Origin: Alkalispirochaeta sp. | GTDB lineage: Bacteria > Spirochaetota > Spirochaetia > DSM-27196 > Alkalispirochaetaceae | DNA length: 64,000 bases | Direction: 5' to 3' | Assembly: GCA_965242725.1 (NCBI GenBank) | Contig: CBDESZ010000022.1 | Location: forward strand, 77,100 to 141,099 | Shown: positions 57,321 through 64,000 of the stretch, one piece after another | Numbering within the stretch: position 1 is the stretch's first letter | How the letters are laid out: each line of letters opens with the position of its first letter | Translations under genes and position numbers: made by a program | Notes under the pieces: generated by a model | Told to the model about the DNA's origin: nothing | Database searches by the model: none | What the model saw: the letters and a program-made list of their open reading frames with translations, nothing else

Positions 57321-58190
57321 CTAGAATTCATATAATTTTGCGTCCCCCTCCAACGCCTCCGCTTCCGCGATGCGACCCCGTTTGCGCGCACCGGCGGCGT
57401 AGATCCGCATCTTCCGGGAGAGGACGGACCTCGCCGTGGCGTGGTCTTCGGGGGAACGGAACCGGAGAACGTACCGGTCGTCCACGAGACGCCGTAGCGC
57501 GGCAATTCTGAACCCCTCAATCTGTCCATACTTTTCCGAGAGCTGCGGCCACGCCCCTGCACGCTTGAGGGTGCCCTCCCGCTCCACATAGTCCACATGC
57601 GTGTGACACAGGAGGCGCAGCCACAGCTCGTAGTCCTCCGCCACCTCCAGGTCTTCCCGAAATCCGCCGTGGTGGAGAAAAAAGTCCCTGTCCACCATGA
57701 CGGTGGAGGGTCCGATGATGCACTTCCACAGGGCATCGGCGTACAGGTCTCCCCGCCTCTGATGGCGCTGCCCCCGCTGTGAGATCACCCGTCCGTCCCG
57801 TTCCCACCGTTCCCGGGTATGGGTAAGGGCGCAGGGGCTTTCAATGTGCAGGGGAAGCTGCAGTGCCACTTTACCCGGCAGCCAGCGGTCGTCGGAATCC
57901 AAAAAAGCGATGACCTCGCCGGACGCACTCTCTACTCCGCGATTCCGTACCGCACCGGGATATCCCGAGCGGGAAAGGCGAAGTACCCGCATGCGGGGCT
58001 CCCCGTCGCTCCTGCCGCGGAGAAACTCAAGGGTTCCGTCGTCGGAGCCGTCGTCGACGGCGACAAGCTCGAGCTCCCACCCCGGCGGAAGTTCCTGGGA
58101 GAGCACCGAATCAATCGCCCCGGCGATGAGTTTTCTCCTGTTGTATACGGGCACAACGACGGAAAGGATGTGAGCCCCGCCCCGTTTCAC
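57321..58190 (-). CDS. Glycosyltransferase family 2
   Basis: SVVVPVYN, VDDGSDDGT, RN.G, FLDSDD.W, EDYELWLR. Confidence 0.93.
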   Translation of the reverse strand: MKRGGAHILSVVVPVYNRRKLIAGAIDSVLSQELPPGWELELVAVDDGSDDGTLEFLRGRSDGEPRMRVLRLSRSGYPGAVRNRGVESASGEVIAFLDSDDRWLPGKVALQLPLHIESPCALTHTRERWERDGRVISQRGQRHQRRGDLYADALWKCIIGPSTVMVDRDFFLHHGGFREDLEVAEDYELWLRLLCHTHVDYVEREGTLKRAGAWPQLSEKYGQIEGFRIAALRRLVDDRYVLRFRSPEDHATARSVLSRKMRIYAAGARKRGRIAEAEALEGDAKLYEF

Positions 58191-59230
58191 CGCTGCTCCT
58201 CCGACGCGGCGGCGGTCATGTGCCGAAAAGCGATATCCAGGGCGGTCCGCCGTATTTCACGCTCTTCCTGAAAGAGGACGTGCGACGCTCCCCTGATGAT
58301 GTGATACTCACTGCCGGGAAAGATCTCATTGATGACTGTGCGATTGTGTCGCCAGGCGACGACGCGGTCCCTGTTTCCCTGTATCACCACGACGTGCCGC
58401 GCGATGACGCCTCTCCCGGCGAGACGATCGGAAATTGCATTGTTCCAGCGTACCTGGGCATCAAACCACGACAGGGGCATACGGGAAACGCCAAGGGGTG
58501 AATCGTACTGAGTGGGTACCGTGTCTATGAAGGGGCGGCTCAAAAAGCGTCCCAGCCGCGCCGGATTGTACATATAGCTCCGCACAAGGGGCGCGGCGAA
58601 TACAACCTCGTCAAAAGGATCCTCGCCGTTCCAGAGATATTCGATGACCGAAAGGGCACCGGTACTGTGGCCGATGACGTGCCATGGCCGCGGTGCGGCT
58701 CCCGCCATGCGTTCCGTCACCTCCGCAAGGAAGCGACCGTACGCCGTGAAATCGTCGATGCCGCCGCGGACGCCGCCTGACAATCCGTGTCCCGGGAGTT
58801 CCGGCGCAACGACGATAAAATTCAGCCTCAGGGCGCGGCGTATCACGGCGGCCTGATCCAGCGCGTGGGAGAGATACCCGTGGAGAATGACGACGCTTCC
58901 CGAGGCGCCCTCTCCGTCTTCCACACCCGGCGGGTAGAAAAGGTGTACCGCCATCCTGTCGCCTTCAAAGAGAAAGAATCCCGCTTCATGGCGGGCGTCG
59001 GGAAGCCCGGCGGTACACCGGGCGTAATACTCCCTGATCCGGGGAATCTCGGTGGATGCAAAGAACTCAAGGGGTGTCAGTTCAGCGGTCATTTCCTGGT
59101 AGGATGGATAGTTCAGGGCGTGTTCCTCGTCGGAGACCACCGTCCGGCACCCCGAAAAAACGAGCACTATCGAAACGAGGGCAAAGAGGACGAGAAAATT
59201 CACGGTGCGGTTGGAAGATGGTTCGGTCAT
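58187..59230 (-). CDS. Lysophospholipase-like alpha/beta hydrolase lipoprotein
   Basis: Lipobox FSGC; HGY..H, LPGHGLS.G, GHSTG, QG..D.VV, H.L..E. Confidence 0.85.
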   Translation of the reverse strand: MTEPSSNRTVNFLVLFALVSIVLVFSGCRTVVSDEEHALNYPSYQEMTAELTPLEFFASTEIPRIREYYARCTAGLPDARHEAGFFLFEGDRMAVHLFYPPGVEDGEGASGSVVILHGYLSHALDQAAVIRRALRLNFIVVAPELPGHGLSGGVRGGIDDFTAYGRFLAEVTERMAGAAPRPWHVIGHSTGALSVIEYLWNGEDPFDEVVFAAPLVRSYMYNPARLGRFLSRPFIDTVPTQYDSPLGVSRMPLSWFDAQVRWNNAISDRLAGRGVIARHVVVIQGNRDRVVAWRHNRTVINEIFPGSEYHIIRGASHVLFQEEREIRRTALDIAFRHMTAAASEEQR

Positions 59231-59313
59231 GGTGCTGAAAAGCACTTTATCCGTTCCGTCCGTATGTGTCAGTCCGTTGAAGCGTTGCAACCCCTTCATT
59301 ATACTCGTCGAAT

Positions 59314-59871
59314 ATGAAGAAATTCCGCGGGCCATTGCTGTGTATCCTCGTAATTGCCGCCACGTCACTTCTCACCTCATGCATTTCCATGCTTCACCGA
59401 TCGGTGGACCGGAACGACCTGCAGGGGGTGCAGCGGGAAATCGCCGACGGTGCGCCGATAGAGTCTGTTGACTACCGTGAAAAAACGGCGCTTCACCTGG
59501 CAGCGCAGCAGGGACGCATTGAAATTGTGGAGTATCTCGTTGAAAACGGCGCCGATATCAACGCAACCACTCCCGTATCGAAGGGAGAGGTCACTCCCCT
59601 GCGGTATGCAATCGATAACGAAGACTATCTGATGGTACGATACCTCATTCAACATGGTGCCGACGTGAATCAGGCGAATCAGGCGGGATGGCGTCCAATC
59701 ATGACCGCCGCCCGTGTCGGCAACCGGGAGATCATTGAGCTGCTCCTTGACGCAGGGGCGAAGCTTGATGTCAGGAGCAGCGACGGTTTGACGCCGGTGC
59801 GTATCGCCTCCAACTACAAGTGGACCGATCTCGTCGTGTGGTTTACCATGCTCCTTGAAGAAAAAAAGTAA
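59314..59871 (+). CDS. Ankyrin-repeat lipoprotein
   Basis: Lipobox LTSC; TALHLAA..G..EIV.YL...GADIN repeats. Confidence 0.9.
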   Translation: MKKFRGPLLCILVIAATSLLTSCISMLHRSVDRNDLQGVQREIADGAPIESVDYREKTALHLAAQQGRIEIVEYLVENGADINATTPVSKGEVTPLRYAIDNEDYLMVRYLIQHGADVNQANQAGWRPIMTAARVGNREIIELLLDAGAKLDVRSSDGLTPVRIASNYKWTDLVVWFTMLLEEKK

Positions 59872-59950
59872 AAAAAGGGGGGCCCGCCGGAGAGACCGAG
59901 CGTGATCGGGGGCAATGATGCACGCTGATGGCCGACCGGTCGAACCCCCA
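59871..59950 (-). terminator. Long hairpin plus U-tract downstream of the HtrA-like gene
   Basis: GGGGGTTCGACCGG...CCGGCGGGCCCCC followed by a T-run, with inner AGCGTG/CACGCT. Confidence 0.6.
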
Positions 59951-59975
59951 CACAGAGGAGGAGGATCCTTTGAGT

Positions 59976-61411
59976 TTATCTCGCCAATCCAACAGTCAGA
60001 TTGGTGTCGTGACGGCGGATCCGAAATGTAATCCTGTCTCCGCTCGCCCCGTTTAACTCCATATAGAATTCGCGAAGTGTATCGACCTCCCGCTCGTTTA
60101 CCCTGACGATGATGTCGCCACTTCGCAGCCCCGCCATGGCGGCGGGGGATCCTTCCGTAACGTGACCGACGATAATATCGCCTCCACGAACGGAAAGATC
60201 CAGATTGGCCCGGATATGGTCCGTTATTTCAACTACCGACATGCCGGGCCACAGGTCGGAAACGTCGACGTCCTGTCCGTTCCGGGGACGGACGCCGGTG
60301 GTTACCTGTACGGTCCGCATTTCACCATGCCGCCTCACAAAGAACCGGGTCTGGTCGCCCGGGGCAAGACGCGTCACCGTGCGCAGGAGATCTCCACCGC
60401 CGGCAATCGTCTCGTTGCCCACTCCGACGATAATATCTCCCGGCTTGATTCCCGCCTCCGCCGCGGGGGACCGGCGATAGACATTTATAACAAACGCGCC
60501 GCCTCCCGATTCTCCAAGGGAATCGGTGCGACTCGCAGGCGGGTCGGCCATGTTGACGCCGAGCCATCCGTACTCTATGTGTCCCGAGCTGATGATCCGG
60601 TCCGCCGCCGGCATGATCCGGTTGATGGGAACGGCGAAACCGGGACTGATTCCACCGTCCCGTTGCGGAGCCGCCCACGTCGTCAGGCCGACGACCTCGC
60701 CGCCCAGATTGACAAGGGCGCCTCGGAGTTGCTCCTGGGAATCATGGCGTCGGTCTTTATGTACTCAGCGACGGGGAGACGATCCCTCTTGTCGGGGGGC
60801 ACTTCACCGCGGGCGCTGACGATACCGCTCGTAATTGACGCCCCGTAGCTGCGGGGGTTCCCGAAGGCGAATATGAAGTCCCCCACCTGCAGAGTGTCGC
60901 TGTCTCCCAGCGCCGCCACGGGCACGGCGTCGCCGGTTTCAAATGCGACGACCGCGAGATCATTGGAACCGTCAACACCGAGGAGACGCCCCTCATACTC
61001 CCGTCCGTCGTGAAGCCCGATCGTGATCGCCGTGGCACTTCCGGCGATCCGCTCACTGGTGAGAACGTATATGTCCCGCCCGTCTCGTCGGACGATCACG
61101 CCGGAGCCGACTTCAGTGCCCCCGGAGCTCCCGCCGGGGGTGCCCGGATTTTCGCCGAAGAAAAAGTCCAACGGCGACGGGGCACCCCGACGCTCGCGAC
61201 TCACACGCTCCCGGATCTGTACTTCCACGACCACCGGAAGGACGTCCCGTGTAATGCGTCGCGCAGTATTCTGATAGGCTTCCATGATTTCCATGTCCCG
61301 GGACTGCGCGCCTGCCGGCGACAACAGGAGGAAGGATAGCGCTGCAAAGACGGCGACCGTTATAAACGCAGTGAGTCGAATATTGCGGCCGGTCGCTACG
61401 ACACCGTTCAT
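59976..61411 (-). CDS. HtrA/DegP-like protein (protease fold + 2 PDZ), catalytic His absent, one frameshift
   Basis: GSGVIV, DLAVV, LGDSD.L.VGD, GIVSA, GWLGV, SPAA.AG...GDII twice. Adding one G near 60723 restores NSGGALVN.GGEVVG. Confidence 0.85.
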
Positions 61412-61471
61412 CGAATACCAATATGGAGGGGTGTACTTTCCACAAGGTTTCAAAGGCATTACAGTTTTGTC

Positions 61472-61804
61472 ATGTTCAAACTTGTGTTCTTTGTTCCCCG
61501 GGAATACGCCGAGACGGTGAAACGCGCAGTCTTTGCAGTCGGCGCCGGGAAGTATGAGAAATACGATATGTGCAGCTGGGAAACGGAAGGTATGGGACAG
61601 TTCCGCCCCTCTTCAGAGGCGTCGCCCTTCATCGGCGAAGCCGGGACGGTGGAACGCGTCGAGGAGCTGCGGGTGGAGGTGCTTTGCCGGCGGGAGAGCG
61701 TTCGTCCCGCCGTCGCGGCGCTGCTTGAGTCACATCCCTATGAGGAGCCGGCGTATGAAGTGTACGAGGTGTGGCAACATTCCGATCTGCCGGAGACCGT
61801 ATAA
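61472..61804 (+). CDS. Stand-alone NIF3/YqfO PII-like domain protein
   Basis: KLVFFVP, GAG....YD.CS....G.GQFRP, HPYEEPAY. Confidence 0.9.
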   Translation: MFKLVFFVPREYAETVKRAVFAVGAGKYEKYDMCSWETEGMGQFRPSSEASPFIGEAGTVERVEELRVEVLCRRESVRPAVAALLESHPYEEPAYEVYEVWQHSDLPETV

Positions 61805-61809
61805 TTAAC

Positions 61810-61829
61810 GCCCGGTGATGTCACCGGGC
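61810..61829. terminator. Perfect inverted repeat between convergent genes
   Basis: GCCCGGTGA-TG-TCACCGGGC. Confidence 0.4.
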
Positions 61830-61924
61830 CGGACCGTAGGGCCGGCCCGTCTCCCGGCCGGGTTCGCGTAGCGGACGAACAGGAGCGGTACGGCCGCGGT
61901 GACGCCGGGCGTTCAATCTACAGA

Positions 61925-63079
61925 CTACTTCCGCGAATCGATCGGCGTGAGAACCTTGTCGATTTCACCGACGTACTGCGCCTTGGGACGGAAGAGGCGC
62001 TTTTCATATTCCCGCTGTTCCAGGATGTGGGCGAGCCAACCCGAGGCGCGGGCCGCCGCAAAGATGGGCGTAAAGAGGTGACTCGGAATGCCCAGGAGGC
62101 GATAGACCGCCCCGGAGAAGAAGTCCACGTTTGGATAGATCGGCTTTCCTTTTTCCTCCATGATGTTCCGGAAGGTCTTTTCCACCGTTTTGAGGATGTC
62201 CAGGTAGCTCCGGTCGCCCTTGCGCTTTGAGAGATCTTCCAGAAACCCCTCCATGACGATCGCCCGGGGATCCTTGGCGCGATAGACCCGGTGGCCCATG
62301 CCCATGACCTTCTCCTTTTTGGCGAGCTTGTCTTTGATGTACTCTTCCGCCCGGTCGACGGAGCCGATCTGGTCGACCATGGCCATCACTTTCTCGTTGG
62401 CGCCGCCGTGGAGGGTGCCGTAGAGGGCGCCCATTGCGGCGGATATGCTTGAGTAACAGGTGCTCTGCGTGCTGGCGACGACGCGGGCGGTGAAGGTGCT
62501 CGCGTTGAAGCTGTGTTCCGCGTGCAGGACGAGACATCGGTCCATGATCCGGCCGTCTATTTCTTCCGGCTCCTCGCCGTGAAGCATATAGAGAAAGTTT
62601 GCGCCGTGGTTGAGATCATCCCGGGGCGGGACGTAGTCCAGACCCTCCCTGAAGCGATGGAGCGCGGCGATGACCGACGCGATCTGGGCCACCTGATGGA
62701 GGGTGTCCCGACAGTTGCAATAGGGCCCGTGGTGTATTTTGTGTTCCACATAGCCGCTGAGATAGCTCACCACCGACTGGAGCAGTTCCATGGGGTGGGA
62801 TTCCCGGGGGAAGTTGCGAATCATATCGAGAATCGGCTGTTTCAGGTGACGGCCTTCCCGCATGCGTCGCCGAAAGTCCTTGAGCTGTTCCGTCGAGGGG
62901 AGTTCACCGTTCAGGAGGAGGTACGTCACCTCTTCAAAATCGGCCTGCTCCACGAGGACGTCGATTGGATAGCCGAGGTAGTAGAGCTTGCCTTCCTCGC
63001 CGTTGATCTTGCAAATTTTACTTTCCGCTGCGATGACGCCTTCAAGTCCCTTGTGGTATTCCACGTGCTGTTCACTCAT
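61925..63079 (-). CDS. gltA: Citrate synthase
   Basis: GLEGV, HAEHSFNASTF.AR, LHGGANE, GMGHRVY...DPR, PNVDF.SG. Confidence 0.95.
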   Translation of the reverse strand: MSEQHVEYHKGLEGVIAAESKICKINGEEGKLYYLGYPIDVLVEQADFEEVTYLLLNGELPSTEQLKDFRRRMREGRHLKQPILDMIRNFPRESHPMELLQSVVSYLSGYVEHKIHHGPYCNCRDTLHQVAQIASVIAALHRFREGLDYVPPRDDLNHGANFLYMLHGEEPEEIDGRIMDRCLVLHAEHSFNASTFTARVVASTQSTCYSSISAAMGALYGTLHGGANEKVMAMVDQIGSVDRAEEYIKDKLAKKEKVMGMGHRVYRAKDPRAIVMEGFLEDLSKRKGDRSYLDILKTVEKTFRNIMEEKGKPIYPNVDFFSGAVYRLLGIPSHLFTPIFAAARASGWLAHILEQREYEKRLFRPKAQYVGEIDKVLTPIDSRK

Positions 63080-63092
63080 GCGTGTAGCCTCC

Positions 63093-64000
63093 TCAATTTT
63101 TTGCGTGAATCATGCGGCCGTCAACTCCGAGGGCGGCCTCTCGTACTACTTCCGAAAGCGTCGGGTGGGCGTGCACGGTTCGTGCGATGTCCTCCGCGCA
63201 CCCGCCAAATTCCATTACCGTAACGATCTCGGTGATCAGGTCGCTCGCCCAGGGGCCGACGATATGTGCTCCCAGGACGCGGTCGCTCTTTTCATCCGCC
63301 AGTATCCGTACCGATCCGGACGTGGCTTCCATCGCCAGCGCCCTGCCGTTTACCGAAAAGGGAAAGGTACCGACCTTGTAGGCGACGCCCTCCTCCTTCA
63401 GCTGATCCTCCGTTTTTCCCACCGAGGCGGCCTCGGGCCACGTGTAGATCACGTTGGGAATCGTCTCATAGTTGACGTGCCCCGCTTTGCCTGCGATACG
63501 CTCGGCGACGGCCATTCCCTCGTCCTCAGCCTTGTGGGCGAGCATCGGTCCCGCGACGATGTCGCCCACCGCCCAGACGCCCTCCGCCGTGGTGGCGCCG
63601 TGCGCGTCGGTCCTGACCCGGCCCTTCTCGTCTGTTTCCACGCCCGCCGTCTCGAGTCCGACGCCCTCGGTGTAGGGTTTGCGGCCCACGGCGACGAGGA
63701 CCTTGTCGGCGGAGATTTCGAGCTTCCTGCCGTCTTTTCCCGTCGCCGTTATCGTCACTTTGCGGGGAGCATCCGTGGAGGCGGCCTTGGCGGAGGCGGC
63801 GCTCTTGGCGGAGGCGGCGGCGCCCTTCGTACCGGCGGCCTTTTTGGCGTCGGCCCCGGCGCCGCCGGTCTCGCCAGCGGGAGTGCCGGCCCCGGTCTCG
63901 CCGCCGGCCGCGCCCGCGGCCTCGATGCCGGTGACTTTGGTCTCAAGGTGGAAGGTGATGCCCTGCTTCGAGAGCTCCCGTTTCATCACTTTTGCCGTCT
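63093..64000 (-). CDS. lpdA: Dihydrolipoyl dehydrogenase, 3' part
   Basis: [36 protein letters not shown]; runs off the window. Confidence 0.93.
   Translation of the reverse strand, partial: TAKVMKRELSKQGITFHLETKVTGIEAAGAAGGETGAGTPAGETGGAGADAKKAAGTKGAAASAKSAASAKAASTDAPRKVTITATGKDGRKLEISADKVLVAVGRKPYTEGVGLETAGVETDEKGRVRTDAHGATTAEGVWAVGDIVAGPMLAHKAEDEGMAVAERIAGKAGHVNYETIPNVIYTWPEAASVGKTEDQLKEEGVAYKVGTFPFSVNGRALAMEATSGSVRILADEKSDRVLGAHIVGPWASDLITEIVTVMEFGGCAEDIARTVHAHPTLSEVVREAALGVDGRMIHAKN

Overview
This is a GC-rich bacterial chromosome segment. Gene content and architecture (solo groL, short ThrS, FapA, many lipoproteins) point to a free-living spirochaete, which is an inference. It is mostly core and metabolic genes: mnmG, mnmE, pepT, glnE, glnA, pgsA, thrS, glgX, yajC-secD-secF, groL, birA, argR-argC-argB-argD-argG, gltA and a partial lpdA. 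I saw no tRNA, rRNA, CRISPR array, transposase or phage gene. The most striking signal is a rewired nitrogen-control circuit. GlnE appears domain-reversed (tandem GlnD-type ACT domains, then an AT-like domain, then an AR-like domain) and converges on glnA. The glnA upstream region carries an ARG-box-like site sharing 13 bp with the argR operator, and its leader has two alternative pairings. A second candidate system is an HTH-EIIA / EIIA-PII-like / CPA2 antiporter operon divergent from a CASTOR/POLLUX-like channel. Other observations are hairpin- and repeat-rich in-frame inserts in MnmE, MnmG and LpdA, a structured thrS leader, a possible 3'-UTR sRNA behind a catalytically degenerate HtrA, and several leaderless genes. 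About eight frameshifts cluster at 10.9-17.6 kb and are probably sequence errors. All family calls come from motif recognition by eye, with no database searches.
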